From the NCBI GenBank assembly GCA_041752695.1, contig JBGSVZ010000038.1, positions 96,001 through 160,000 on the forward strand: DNA of 64,000 bases, given 5' to 3'. The position numbers and the translations under genes were made by a program. The notes beneath the pieces were generated by a model. That model saw nothing but the letters and a program-made list of their open reading frames with translations, did no database searches and was not told where the DNA came from. Each line of letters begins with the position of its first letter. Within the stretch, counting starts at the first letter, position 1. Source of the DNA: Terrimicrobiaceae bacterium. Lineage in GTDB: Bacteria; Verrucomicrobiota; Verrucomicrobiia; Chthoniobacterales; Terrimicrobiaceae. Below are positions 1 through 10,514 of the stretch, in pieces.

Positions 1-479
1 CCCTTCAGGGTCAGAGTGTTGGGGCCAAACATATGCAGGGATTTGGGATCCCCGTCCGGATAGTCGCGATGATGCGACCAGTATGTTGAAAGTTTGTCGA
101 GTTTCCCCTGTTCGTAAATATAGCGGTAGTAAAACTCCTCATCCAATTCGGCCCGGTTGCGCACGGTGGCGTCGGGACGCCGGTTGCCAAAGGTCCAGTT
201 TTTCACGAGCACGAAGTCCGCCTTCGCCTTGCCGGGTTCTTTCAGGAAGGGCTGCACCCGGGCGTTGGGGCGGTCCGAGAGGGGGGGCGGCGTGGGGGTC
301 GGAGAGATGGGCGTCGGGGCTGCCGCCAACACCGGAACTGACATGGGCTGCACCGGGGCTTCCGTCGCCTGGGCGCGAAGGATTGTTGGAGAAAGCAGCA
401 GCGCGATGGTCAAAAGTCCGCTGAAGGTGCAGAGGGAGTTCGTGGTGGCCGCGTTTGACGTTTTGACGTGTTTTGTCAT
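1..479 (-). CDS. Partial secreted protein with signal peptide and Pro-rich linker; possibly a glycoside hydrolase; runs off the window
   Basis: Manually translated open frame from ATG 479: MTKHVKTSN...LLTIALLLSPTILRAQATEAP...PTPTPPP...YWSHHRDY...LTLKG. Not in the ORF track because its stop lies outside the window. Confidence 0.6.
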   Translation of the reverse strand, partial: MTKHVKTSNAATTNSLCTFSGLLTIALLLSPTILRAQATEAPVQPMSVPVLAAAPTPISPTPTPPPLSDRPNARVQPFLKEPGKAKADFVLVKNWTFGNRRPDATVRNRAELDEEFYYRYIYEQGKLDKLSTYWSHHRDYPDGDPKSLHMFGPNTLTLK

Positions 480-585
480 ATGGGAAATGGCAAAGTTGCT
501 AATACCGTGGGGCTCTTTTCCGACGACCCAGGAACCGCCTGATGTTTGGAAGGGCGGCAAGTCACGAAATGCGGGTCCATCCGTT

Positions 586-1224
586 TCAAGGCCGGAAAGA
601 TCGAACGCTCCCGTTGATACGATCAACTTGAACGGTGAAAAAGTTGGCACCTTGGGCGAGTGGTTTGCCATCCTGCAGCGTCACGGTGACGAAGTTTTTT
701 CCTGCGCTCAGATCGGTCAGTCCGCTGGGCGTGAATTGGAAGGGTATGTACCGGTAGTTGTTGCCATAGACTCCCGCATTTGGGTCCGTGTTGGTGGGGA
801 CACGCTCTGCATGAGGGGAACCACTCACACCCGCGTCTGCCAATAAAGCGGATTCGGTTGGATCGCCCGACATGATCACCGGGCTTGGAAAATAGTCCGG
901 TTTAGACGCGGCCACGTAAGTGCCGTTTTCGTTGAGGACAAAAATCTGGAGAGCCCGATACACGGAAGGCGCGTCGGAAACGGCGGCGTTGTGCGGGGGG
1001 AGTTTGTAGAGCCGGACTTCCACCGGGACATTGCGGGTTTGGGAGATTTGGCGGGCAAGGCTAAACTGATCAATCAAGGTCCTGCCGGCCGAGCGCAGAT
1101 TGGACGACCGCAATGTGCTGCTGAAAGCCGGGACCATCAGGCCGGCCAGCAAAGCGATGATTCCGATCACCACCAAAAGCTCGATGAGGGTGAAACCGCG
1201 GCGATGACATTGCCTGCTTTTCAT
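586..1224 (-). CDS. Verru_Chthon cassette protein D (prepilin-like)
   Basis: GFTLIELLVV type IV pilin N-terminus; 212 aa; ends NFFTVQVDRINGSVRSFRP; lies directly after the large cassette gene. Confidence 0.85.
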   Translation of the reverse strand: MKSRQCHRRGFTLIELLVVIGIIALLAGLMVPAFSSTLRSSNLRSAGRTLIDQFSLARQISQTRNVPVEVRLYKLPPHNAAVSDAPSVYRALQIFVLNENGTYVAASKPDYFPSPVIMSGDPTESALLADAGVSGSPHAERVPTNTDPNAGVYGNNYRYIPFQFTPSGLTDLSAGKNFVTVTLQDGKPLAQGANFFTVQVDRINGSVRSFRP

Positions 1225-4200
1225 GGAGCGAATTGTTTCGAGGCGATGACCCGGGTTTTGTAGAAGGAGCTGATCGGAGTCGTGACGGATGGGTTCGAAT
1301 AGTCGGGCATTGCGGAGTTATTGGGATCCGCATAGCGCTCTATGGTCTGGGATCCGCGGTATTCGCCTGTCACTTGGTCTTTTCCTTCAACCCATACATC
1401 GGGTGAACCGCCGGGCACTTTTTTCAAAGTCTGAACTTTGGCATGAATGGTGAAGGTATTCGATTTCGTAGTCAGGCGAGGATAGAGTGTTGCGTAAATT
1501 CGTTCTTTGCTATTGTCGCCGGTCAGACGCCTCCCGTTGGTAGAGGAAGAGTCCCTCCAATATGTCGTCATATTGGCATAGGTGGCATTGGGGTTTCCCG
1601 GGTCGACCGGCACAATGTAAAGGTCGCAAATTTCACTGGCAGACCGAAAGATGTCCTTGCTGTCGAAACGCTGAGTGAACCCTTTTAGGGTTTCCTCAGC
1701 ATTGACATCCAGACGGATATTGGACTGCGACGGAAGAGGAGCTACGCTGTAATCGTTGTATTTGTAAACACCGGCCTGAGAGTCCTTGATCGAAATCACT
1801 TTTTCGGATTTCAGCAAAGCCCTAATTCCCGTGTCTCTATTGATGTAAGTGAAGGGGACAATCTGATGGTTCATGTTGATGCGCCCGGCAGTGGAAAGCG
1901 GCTCACTGATGGCGTAGGGCTCGACGACAGGCATGTGAAAAAGATCAAGCATCAAATGATCCGCCGGCGAGGCTGCTCCTGGATGACCGGGCTCTGGGCG
2001 GAAAAGCAGTGTCTGCCAGGGTTTGTTCGCCTTTACTCCTGTTGAGAGCGAACCGAAGGTTACAGCCGATGGAACCTGGCGATTGGGAGTGAAAAGACCA
2101 GAGTTCATTGCCCCCGAGGCTTGGGATTTAAATTTCCAAGAGTAAGGTTCAACCGTGGAGCTTCCCATATCTCCTTCGTCCGGTTTGTTGATGAAAGGAC
2201 CGTCACGCACATCAAAGGGAGCATTGTCCCAATCTCCCGGAATATCGCCCACGGCAAATTCTGTGGTTTTTCCCGCAGCCACGCCGTCGAAAGGAATGTC
2301 CGAGGCCGCACTAAAATTGCCGTTGCTGACTCCAAAGTGGCTTTGACCAACGTCACCTGCCTTGACCAGGTTTTGCTGTGTGAAGGTGTCACCATTTGAG
2401 GGATAGCCTTGATAACTCGCGCCTTGAACCAGCCTTCCCAGCGAAGCCCCGTAGTAGGGCTGTCCCCGGCCCGTAAAAAAATTGTGAGCCCCCTTCACCC
2501 GTTCAGTAGCCGGATTCACCTCAAACAGCAATTCCGGGGGCATTGTTTGGGCGGCAACCAGTCTGGTGTCTCCCGCAACGACTCGGACACTCCTAATGGT
2601 GTCCTGTGGGACGATCCATCCGTTCGCATTTTCCGTCTCCAAGCCGGCTTTGATGCGTCCGCCGTGCGACCCAAAGGGAGTATCAGGGTTGGTTATGGGC
2701 GGCGCGGGCTGGACTATGGGGTCAGGAATAGTCCCGTTGTTGTAGGATTTTGTGCTGCTTCCGAAGGATCGGAAATTGAAAAGTTTTCGCGCACTGTCAA
2801 TGAAGTTTGCACTGGGATTGTTGTTGTAAACTTGGTCCGGAGCCAGCTGTGGGACAGGGGAACTTGCGGTGTCAAAATTCAAAACGATGGTTTGCAAGAG
2901 TGCCCCGCTGGCACCCGGTGCCCAGATTTTAACCGTCGCTTTTCCTCCGAATGAAAATGTTCCTTTGGGAACATTGAACGATGCGCTGATGACACTCCCC
3001 GCCTGGACGGCTTGGTTGATTCCCAATTGATCGCCTAATCCTGTGCCGTCCACGGGTTGGGCATTCTGGGAATATTTTGTTTCGGCCGGAAAAGACATGC
3101 CGACTCCATTTAGCCTAAGATCGCTCAGATCAACGCTCCATTGAAAATTCTGCCGAAACCAAGTCGAGCCCACGGAGGGGCAAAAGAATTGCGGGATGAA
3201 CATCGCTTGGATTTTCATTTGTCCAGGCGGAATTGCTGGGGTGACAATTGTTGCCGCTGCGGTCGAACCGGAATAGATGGGCAGAGGTTTTCCCGAGACT
3301 ATATCCACCTGACTTGTCGCCGAGGGATAGGGAGGTATCGATGCGTGCGTCGTGGGATCCCGTGGAACAAGGGGATCATCGCCATCGATTTGACCGATGA
3401 AAAGAACAGAGGCTCCTTGAACGGTCGGAAAGCGTCCGAATCCCCGAGTTGACGATGCGGCATCCTCAATTGGGACGACCTGGCCCCGCCCTGTTGTTCC
3501 AAACCAATTGGCCGAGCCGACGGTATATGTTGTGGCCCCGTCGGACATGTCAAAAAGATTGGTCGCGCCCCGGATGTAATCGAAGATCTGGGTAAAGATC
3601 TGTGGTTTGTCGAGGGGATATTTGGCGGCGAAATTGCCGCCGAATCCGGGAATATTTTGTTCTCCTAATGAGTTTAGATAGTTCAGAAGCGTTCGATTTC
3701 GGCCCAGTCCGGTTGGTGCAACGGCCGGAAGGTCTACTGTCGGACTGTTAGGATCTTTTCGGGTGAAATAGTAGGGATCGGAATCTGAACCCAGGGTTGT
3801 ACAAAATTTGATGAGTTCATCATACGCCGTGACGGCCGGAGTTCCTGTTACTCTGTCGAGCGTGATGGGCCAGATGCTCACACGCGGTTTGTTGAAAAGA
3901 TTGACGTCAGGAGCACGGCTGCTCGTTGTCAGAAAGAAACGGGCCCGTTCCAGACTGTTTCCGTCAAGAACGGGGAGATTTCCCAACTCGGTATTGTTGG
4001 AATCCCGGTCCGGCTTGAAAAGCAACTCGTCCACGCTGGCGTAGAGACGATTTCCGTCCAGGGCGACCGAGGGAGGGTTTGGAGGGGTGAACATGGCCGT
4101 CTGAATGGTTCCTGCGTTTGACCCACCTGTGCCGATTCGGGGGGCGAGACCGTAAAGTTTTTGCGCCCATTGAAAAGTCGTCCACTGCGGAGAACTCAAG

Positions 4201-5234
4201 GTGAAGTTTACTTCGCCGCCCAGCAAATTGATGGTGGGGGCAGATGTTCCAGGGGTCCAGTTTGATGGCGGTTTGATCACCGTGCTCAACGAGGTCATGG
4301 CGGGATGACCTGGATAACGCTGATATTCTCCATTTACCGGTTGATTGACTTTAAAAGCGTCCTCCTGTTTCGCTTTGCTCCTCGGTGTATCCCAATAGAC
4401 GCCTTCCGAGGCCGTATTAATGTTGATTTTGGTTGTTTCATCATCTGTCCAGAAAGCGACGCGTCCAACGATGGGATTGGTGGAGGTAGGTTTGTTTGCC
4501 CCCGAGAATGTTGCGCTGTTCCCGGTTCCGCCGCTGGGACTTAGAATTTGCCCGTTTTCGAGCACGTAAAGCCACTTTACAGGCATGGGAACGGGATTGG
4601 TTGTGCCGGATTCCACCGGGGCGGTGGAGCTGATATTGAAGCCCTCGATATCCCACTTGCCGTCTCCATTGGAATCGTAGGTTTTTCCGGAAATGGAAAT
4701 GGCTCCGGTAGAGTCGGAGATATTCGAGGCAAGACTATTCCCATCCACGATGGGATATTGGAAGGTGCCCGAGACTTTGACCGGCTTGTTCAGATCCGTG
4801 TAGATCGCAGAATCGTTATACCAAGTTGGGCTAATGGCTTCGGACGGAGATGAAGGGTCAAAAGCACCCGAGCCCTGCATGATATCCCATGAATAAAGTT
4901 TGAAATATCCGGCCTTGTTGCCGCTGGTGTCGTAAGTGCGAATCATGCCTGGCTGGGAGGCCCAGGCGAGAGGCTGGCCGGGTGTGGACGGATCCGGCCC
5001 CGTGTAGCCCTTGGTCGCCTCGACAATCTGGTCTGTCGCGAGGTTAAAGGCGGATTGGGACAGGAGTTTTGCGGTGACGCCGTCCGCGTATTGTTTCGAG
5101 GACTTGAGTTCCGTTCCAATGCTGGCCAGAAAAGCCAGGGCGAGGGCCGCGAGAAACACGAGGCTGGCCAGAACGATGAGCAGGGCTGCTCCACGGGTGT
5201 GGGGGACCGTGGGTTTTGAGGGGAGACATTTCAT
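1221..5234 (-). CDS. Verru_Chthon cassette protein A (large pilin-associated protein)
   Basis: RGAALLIVL N-terminus; motifs WASQPGMIRTY, PVPMPVKWLYVL, GRVAFWTDDE, EPYAISEPLSTAGRINMN, YPRLTTKSNTFT; ATGA overlap with the upstream stop at 5231-5234. Confidence 0.9.
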   Translation of the reverse strand: MKCLPSKPTVPHTRGAALLIVLASLVFLAALALAFLASIGTELKSSKQYADGVTAKLLSQSAFNLATDQIVEATKGYTGPDPSTPGQPLAWASQPGMIRTYDTSGNKAGYFKLYSWDIMQGSGAFDPSSPSEAISPTWYNDSAIYTDLNKPVKVSGTFQYPIVDGNSLASNISDSTGAISISGKTYDSNGDGKWDIEGFNISSTAPVESGTTNPVPMPVKWLYVLENGQILSPSGGTGNSATFSGANKPTSTNPIVGRVAFWTDDETTKININTASEGVYWDTPRSKAKQEDAFKVNQPVNGEYQRYPGHPAMTSLSTVIKPPSNWTPGTSAPTINLLGGEVNFTLSSPQWTTFQWAQKLYGLAPRIGTGGSNAGTIQTAMFTPPNPPSVALDGNRLYASVDELLFKPDRDSNNTELGNLPVLDGNSLERARFFLTTSSRAPDVNLFNKPRVSIWPITLDRVTGTPAVTAYDELIKFCTTLGSDSDPYYFTRKDPNSPTVDLPAVAPTGLGRNRTLLNYLNSLGEQNIPGFGGNFAAKYPLDKPQIFTQIFDYIRGATNLFDMSDGATTYTVGSANWFGTTGRGQVVPIEDAASSTRGFGRFPTVQGASVLFIGQIDGDDPLVPRDPTTHASIPPYPSATSQVDIVSGKPLPIYSGSTAAATIVTPAIPPGQMKIQAMFIPQFFCPSVGSTWFRQNFQWSVDLSDLRLNGVGMSFPAETKYSQNAQPVDGTGLGDQLGINQAVQAGSVISASFNVPKGTFSFGGKATVKIWAPGASGALLQTIVLNFDTASSPVPQLAPDQVYNNNPSANFIDSARKLFNFRSFGSSTKSYNNGTIPDPIVQPAPPITNPDTPFGSHGGRIKAGLETENANGWIVPQDTIRSVRVVAGDTRLVAAQTMPPELLFEVNPATERVKGAHNFFTGRGQPYYGASLGRLVQGASYQGYPSNGDTFTQQNLVKAGDVGQSHFGVSNGNFSAASDIPFDGVAAGKTTEFAVGDIPGDWDNAPFDVRDGPFINKPDEGDMGSSTVEPYSWKFKSQASGAMNSGLFTPNRQVPSAVTFGSLSTGVKANKPWQTLLFRPEPGHPGAASPADHLMLDLFHMPVVEPYAISEPLSTAGRINMNHQIVPFTYINRDTGIRALLKSEKVISIKDSQAGVYKYNDYSVAPLPSQSNIRLDVNAEETLKGFTQRFDSKDIFRSASEICDLYIVPVDPGNPNATYANMTTYWRDSSSTNGRRLTGDNSKERIYATLYPRLTTKSNTFTIHAKVQTLKKVPGGSPDVWVEGKDQVTGEYRGSQTIERYADPNNSAMPDYSNPSVTTPISSFYKTRVIASKQFAP

Positions 5235-6331
5235 GGGGAGGAACTCCATTTGGCGCCCCGAAGGGCGACTTCGGAACGGAAGACGCGATAGGCGGCCCGT
5301 TTTTGGACAAGGGCATCCGTGAGCTTTTTCAGATCGGTCTCCAAAAGGCTGGCATCCTTAAACAGGTTGGAGAGCCCGCCGGCGACTCCGAGGTCGGGCG
5401 TGGTATTGTCTTGGCAGAGCCGCTGGGCGGAAACTTCGTCAATGGCCACCATGACCACCTCCACCACGGGTGGAAGCTGGTAGTCGGTCACTCCCGCCGC
5501 GGTGACTTTTCGAGTGTCGTACTCGAAGTCGTCCGCCAGTTCGGAGACCTTCCCTTTGCTGATCGCATCCTCCGAATCGGCCCTTGACAGTTTAGGGAGC
5601 ACGACGAAGGCCACGATGTTTTCGGTGAGAATGCTGATGGGGGGCGGGTCGGTGGCAAGGGGAGTTTTGAACCAGGCCTTTTCGTCGGTAGCCGCAGGGT
5701 CGTATACCTTAAGGTTTTGTGATGGCTGCAGATATTGCATGAGACGAAAGCGGTATCGGTCAGCGGGCTTGTTGGGCAAGGTCCCGAGAAATCCGGGAAC
5801 GGAGTTATCCTTGTCGTAGGCGACATAAAATCCACACCCCGTCAGGAGGGTGTCCATCCCGCCGTAATTGACGGTATCGTCCGTGTACCCCAGAAGCGCC
5901 TGAAAAAACAGGGCGTGGCCCACCTGATTCGGCACGAGAGATTTGCCGGAGAGAAAGTGGAGGTCCGAATAACGGCCATAGCGGGTCGGGGTGAAGGTGG
6001 TGCTCCCGGCGGCAAGCGCGGCGGCGCGCGAAGTGGCTCCGTCAAAGTAATCGTAATAGGTGTTGAGCGTCGCCTGGCTAATCTTTCTGCTCAGGGTATC
6101 GAAGGCGGTTCGCGCGCCCTGGAAGGCCTCGATCTTGGCGGTCGATTTGCCCCAGCTTTGCGAGATCATCTGAGTAATGCTAAAGATGATTCCCAGAATG
6201 AGCGCTAAAATGACGGTCGCTACGAGGAGCTCGACAATCGAAAATGCCTGCCTGTGGCGCAGGGAAAGAAACCTGCGGCGGGGGGAGGGAGCGGAATCTG
6301 CCGCCATCTCCATGCGGGCTCCAAACTTCAT
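5231..6331 (-). CDS. Verru_Chthon cassette protein C (prepilin-like)
   Basis: AFSIVELLVA; SQATLNTYYDY, YGRYSDLHF, QLPPVVEVVMVAIDE motifs. Start placed at ATG 6331, just after the protein B stop. Confidence 0.85.
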   Translation of the reverse strand: MKFGARMEMAADSAPSPRRRFLSLRHRQAFSIVELLVATVILALILGIIFSITQMISQSWGKSTAKIEAFQGARTAFDTLSRKISQATLNTYYDYFDGATSRAAALAAGSTTFTPTRYGRYSDLHFLSGKSLVPNQVGHALFFQALLGYTDDTVNYGGMDTLLTGCGFYVAYDKDNSVPGFLGTLPNKPADRYRFRLMQYLQPSQNLKVYDPAATDEKAWFKTPLATDPPPISILTENIVAFVVLPKLSRADSEDAISKGKVSELADDFEYDTRKVTAAGVTDYQLPPVVEVVMVAIDEVSAQRLCQDNTTPDLGVAGGLSNLFKDASLLETDLKKLTDALVQKRAAYRVFRSEVALRGAKWSSSP

Positions 6332-6339
6332 GAAAACGG

Positions 6340-6789
6340 TTATCCCTTGGGAATGACCAGGGAATATTTTTTCGGATTTGCGGGATGCGCCACGTTGGAG
6401 ATTTCGATGATGGCGCATTTACTGCCCGCAGCAGTGACGCTGGCATCCGCCGGCGCGGAAACGTCGCACAAGGCCACCTTGGCCGTGTAAAGGGCCGCCG
6501 GATCGCTGGCGCTCGAGAGAAGATCACCTTCATCGCTGTAGTAGCTAAGATTAGTCGAAGCATACTTGTTGGTGACCAGACTATACTCGGTGAGCAAAAT
6601 TTCGTTGCTCAAGGCCTGCACGATCTGCGCCTCCGCGGTGAAGGAGATGGCATTGCGAAATACTCCCAGGCCCATCGGAACCAATCCCAAAATAGGAACC
6701 ATGGCAAAAGCGACGATACCCATCGCTATGGTGGTTTCCACCAGCGTGAATGCTCGGCGTGGTTTGGTTGGCGGGAGAGGGGAGATCAT
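6340..6789 (-). CDS. Verru_Chthon cassette protein B (prepilin-like)
   Basis: AFTLVETTIAMGIVAFAMVPILGLVPMGL, YYSDEG; about 150 aa from ATG 6789. Confidence 0.85.
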   Translation of the reverse strand: MISPLPPTKPRRAFTLVETTIAMGIVAFAMVPILGLVPMGLGVFRNAISFTAEAQIVQALSNEILLTEYSLVTNKYASTNLSYYSDEGDLLSSASDPAALYTAKVALCDVSAPADASVTAAGSKCAIIEISNVAHPANPKKYSLVIPKG

Positions 6790-6805
6790 TTTTTGGGAGC
6801 GTGAA

Positions 6806-6837
6806 TATACAATGTGGTTACAATGTATGTTTGTCAA
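6806..6837 (-). promoter_or_regulatory. Probable sigma70 promoter with a direct-repeat operator for the Verru_Chthon operon
   Basis: Perfect TTGACA on the minus strand (6832-6837), followed by two copies of ACATTGTA (plus strand TACAATGT at 6808-6815 and 6819-6826), upstream of ATG 6789. Confidence 0.55.
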
Positions 6838-7236
6838 CGGGATTAGCATAGGACATTTTGCCAATTGAAGTTGCGTAGCCCGTCTGAGGAACTGCTGAAG
6901 AAGGAGAGGAAGGAGGCCGCTGGGGGATGCTCATGGCGATGGGTTTCTTTTAGTGTCAGGAATCTCGTCTGTCAAAGAGGCAACAAGGTTAACGGTTAAT
7001 CGGCTTCGCCTACGCGAGAGCCCCTTTCGGTGCGGGGGAAAAATTGGAAGAAATTGAGTCCGGCGTTACTCTGGCTAGGATTGCTTGCTAGCGGAGTTTT
7101 CAGAAAGAACGGTGCTTTTTGTTTTTTCCCAAAACGAGGAAAGCTGGCAGGTTTTCACGGCGGACTCCTTGAGGGATGACTGGTCTGGAGTCTTATAGGA
7201 AATCCGTCGGAGAAAGTGATCTCAAGGCCAGGGAAT

Positions 7237-7565
7237 TCAGCCGGTCCGGTCGTGGAATTCCGGGGTGATCACGCCTTCCCACCGGTCGAGGTCTCTGGCC
7301 AGGAAGTGGGGGAGGTTTTGCAAGGCCTGCTCTCCGCATGATGGGATACCGTCCCGGGTCGCGCCGGCAATGTGTGGAGACAGCAATGTTTCGGGAATCG
7401 ATAGCGAGAGCGAATCTCCCGGCAGGGGTTCAACACGGAAAACATCCAGACCAACACGAATTCCGCCCTCGGACGCAAGTCGGCCAAGCGCGTTTCGTCC
7501 ACCACCTCGCTGTGGCCCACATTGACAAAGACAGCCTCCCCGGGAAGCCGCCTCAGAAGGGCTCC
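7237..7565 (-). pseudogene. Frameshifted C-terminal remnant of a D-isomer 2-hydroxyacid dehydrogenase
   Basis: One frame gives LLRRLPGEAVFVNVGHSEVVDE; another continues IRVGLDVFRVEPLPGDS...LLSPHIAGATRD...CGEQALQNL to TGA at 7237. These match the family motifs N.GRG.VVDE, LDVF..EP and PHIAG. Confidence 0.75.
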
Positions 7566-7579
7566 ACTCCGGTGGCGGA

Positions 7580-7760
7580 ATTTTCTAGGAAGGAACGCCA
7601 TTGCGGTATGCCGCGCAGGGTGCCAAGGCCACCGGAATATTTGTCGCCGTAGTCGAAGCTGAATCCCAAGGCGAACCAGATCCCCCGGTAGCCGGCGATT
7701 CGTTCGCTCTGCCGCACGAGCGGCTTTTCGTTCCAGTTCAGAATGTCCTTCGGGGAGAAT
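7580..7760 (-). pseudogene. N-terminal remnant of a BNR-4-repeat-like protein
   Basis: IAGYRGIWFALGFSFDYGDKYSGGLGT, recognised from memory of this family, followed by frame disruption. Confidence 0.45.
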
Positions 7761-7884
7761 GTGCTTTTCACTTCTACGGGTATCGCGTTGAGGCTTCTTA
7801 TAATGGCCTCGAGGAAAAATATAAATCCGGCTTTTCTTAAGGTCCGGGTGGCTTGAGGGAGGGACACGGCCTCCGAAGCCTTTT

Positions 7885-10410
7885 TCAACTCATGACCGCC
7901 AGGACGTGCACGGTGGTTTTTCCAGCAAGAAGCTCGTTGGGGATTGTTCCCGAATCGAGACGGACGCCATCCACCTCCAGATACTGGGTTCCCTTCTGCG
8001 CTTTTCCGGGATTGACCACCTCGATGTACATCCGGCAACCGCGATAGGTGCGTTCCATCGTGAACGCCTCCCAGCCGGGAACACACGGATCGATCTGAAC
8101 TCCCCTGAGCGTGGGACGGATGCCGAGCAGAAATTGTGTCGCGGCGATGTCCATCCAGGCGGCGGCTCCGGTGATGTGGACAACATTGGACCATCCGTGC
8201 TTGGGATTTTCGATACCGACGATGTTGCTCGCCCACGCGTAGGGTTCGCTTTTGTAGCGTTCGATGCCGACTTTCTGCAGGGCATTGTGCGGCACGAGTT
8301 GGTTGTAATATTTCCACGCCCGCTCCGCGTTGCCCAGCATCGTCTCGGCGATGATGGCCCAGGTGTTGGCATGGCAGAAGATGGCGCCATTCTCGCCGTT
8401 GCCGGGATTGTAGGCGGAGAAGGGGTCTTTCACATCCGGCCATGTCTGGAAGCCGGGATAAAGTTTCATCAGCCCGACATCCGTCTGGAGATATTTAAAC
8501 ACGGCCTCCATTGCGGAGCGGTTTTGCGTGTCGGATCCGACGCCGCTCATCACGGCCCAGCTTTGGGAGTTGATCCAGATCTTGCCGAAGGCGGACTGTT
8601 CTCCGCCCACCGGCTCACCGTTGTCCTCGAAACACCGATACCACCATTTGCCATTCCAGGCATGGGACAAAATGCTGGCGACCTGCTGGTGGCGGAGTTC
8701 GGTCAGCCAGGGAATGTCCGCCGTTTTTCCCGCCTCGCCGGCGATCTCGATAAGATATTTCAGGGCGACGACCAATTGCTGCGCGGCGAAAACGGACTCG
8801 CCCTTACCGCCCTCGGAAAATTTTCCGATGATGTCGTTCCAGTCGCCCTTGAGAATAAGCGGCAGGCCGTGAATACCGAGATTGTCGGCGGTGTATCGAA
8901 TGCCGGCCAGCATGTGCTCCCACACCGTGGCCTGTTCGACGGGTTCCTGAGGGTCGAATGAAAAATAAGGCGCGGTTTTTTCGAGAAACTTATAGTTTCC
9001 CGTCTCCGCGAGATAAGTGTGGGCAAGAAAGGGCAGCCACAGGTGGTGGTCGCTGTTGACGTCCAGGTCGGGCTGCCGGCGGGGCCGCGAGGGTTCGTTG
9101 GGCCGCGCGTTGCCGGCTCTCTCTTGCAGGGTGAGCAAATGCAGGAAAATTTCCTCCGCGACCGATGCGTCGCGATAGGTCATGGCCATCATGTCCTGGC
9201 AACTGTCCCGAAAGCCGATCCGGCGAAACCCGGACGCCAGGGTGTTCACGGCCCGTTCGTAGCGGGAAACGTGGATGCAATTGACCGGGCTCCAGATGTT
9301 GATCTGCCGCCGGGCATTTTCATCCGGGATGTCACACGTGAATTTCCCGAGGAGGTCGCGCCACCACGCCCTCAGCTTCGTGCGTTGCGTCTCCAGCGTC
9401 CGCGGATTCCTTAGGGCGTCGATGGTTTTCCCGATCCTGGCCAGCGTGGCGTCATAGTCCGTTAGGATGCCAACCTCGGCGCCAAGCAGGAAGGAAACCG
9501 CAGTGGTTACACCCGCCTTGCAAAAGACCGACGCATGCAAAGCTGCGCAGGGTTCACCAGACTGAATCTCTTCATTTCCACAAAAGCCGTTTTCCACAGC
9601 TACCGGGTTCCGCTCGTCCCGATAGTTTCCCACAAAAGCATCACGGTCTCCACTGTAGCTCGTGATGACGTGCGATGAGGCAAAATAGACGACGGGAATG
9701 TTCGCCACTTCTTCCGGGCTTTGAAAATGAAAGAGATAAAGAAGCGCGCCTGTTCGTGGGTCGAACCACGTTTTGAGCATGTGACGCCAGTAATATCCGA
9801 ACGTCATTTCATCCAGCCAGTTGTATTGGGAGAGTTCCGCATAAGCGAAGACATCAACCTCCTCGTCCCCGCCGGAGAGGTTGGTCAGGGCGAGGTCCCA
9901 GACCAGAGCATTGTGATCGGGTGGGATGAACAGCCGCAGCTTCGCCTCATAGGCTCCTTCTCGGGCGTAAAATTCGGTGAGTCCCGGTTCGTGAGTGGCG
10001 GACCACGCGTCCAGCGTCCGCTCGGTCGGACGAAACCCCGGCGACCAAACCGTACCATCCTTGTGCCGGATATAGAGGTAAAATCCCGGCGAATCCATCG
10101 GCAGGTTGTTCATCCGGTACCGGGTCAGACGGCATTTGGAAGAATGTTTCCACCAGAGAAACCCCCCGGCCGCCTGCGAGACGAAGGCGTGCAATTTTCC
10201 GTTGGAAAGGTAGTTGATCCACGGCGACGGCAGATCTGGGCGATGGATCGTGATCGCGGGCCTGAGGTCATCAAAAACGTAATCCTCCCTGGCGGCGGAT
10301 GGCCCGCTGGACCCCTGCGCCGCTCCCGACCAATCGGTCGGCCTTCGAGGCTCCTCCGGGTCACGTCCGATTTTAAGAAGGAGAAGACTGGTTCGGGATT
10401 CAGGGGCCAT
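7885..10410 (-). CDS. GH94 family glycoside phosphorylase (cellobiose/chitobiose phosphorylase-like)
   Basis: PWINYLSNG, LTRYRMNNLPMDSPG, GFRDSCQD, catalytic GDWND, GESVF, ENGAIFCHAN; about 840 aa. Start codon uncertain. Confidence 0.9.
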   Translation of the reverse strand: MAPESRTSLLLLKIGRDPEEPRRPTDWSGAAQGSSGPSAAREDYVFDDLRPAITIHRPDLPSPWINYLSNGKLHAFVSQAAGGFLWWKHSSKCRLTRYRMNNLPMDSPGFYLYIRHKDGTVWSPGFRPTERTLDAWSATHEPGLTEFYAREGAYEAKLRLFIPPDHNALVWDLALTNLSGGDEEVDVFAYAELSQYNWLDEMTFGYYWRHMLKTWFDPRTGALLYLFHFQSPEEVANIPVVYFASSHVITSYSGDRDAFVGNYRDERNPVAVENGFCGNEEIQSGEPCAALHASVFCKAGVTTAVSFLLGAEVGILTDYDATLARIGKTIDALRNPRTLETQRTKLRAWWRDLLGKFTCDIPDENARRQINIWSPVNCIHVSRYERAVNTLASGFRRIGFRDSCQDMMAMTYRDASVAEEIFLHLLTLQERAGNARPNEPSRPRRQPDLDVNSDHHLWLPFLAHTYLAETGNYKFLEKTAPYFSFDPQEPVEQATVWEHMLAGIRYTADNLGIHGLPLILKGDWNDIIGKFSEGGKGESVFAAQQLVVALKYLIEIAGEAGKTADIPWLTELRHQQVASILSHAWNGKWWYRCFEDNGEPVGGEQSAFGKIWINSQSWAVMSGVGSDTQNRSAMEAVFKYLQTDVGLMKLYPGFQTWPDVKDPFSAYNPGNGENGAIFCHANTWAIIAETMLGNAERAWKYYNQLVPHNALQKVGIERYKSEPYAWASNIVGIENPKHGWSNVVHITGAAAWMDIAATQFLLGIRPTLRGVQIDPCVPGWEAFTMERTYRGCRMYIEVVNPGKAQKGTQYLEVDGVRLDSGTIPNELLAGKTTVHVLAVMS

Positions 10411-10514
10411 GGAAAAAAACGGAGCGGGTGTGGTTAACACCTAGCTGTTAAATTTTCTCAGGCAAAAAATTCATGCGTTAACAGTTAACTTTCGTCCAGA
10501 CAGGAAAGCTATTC

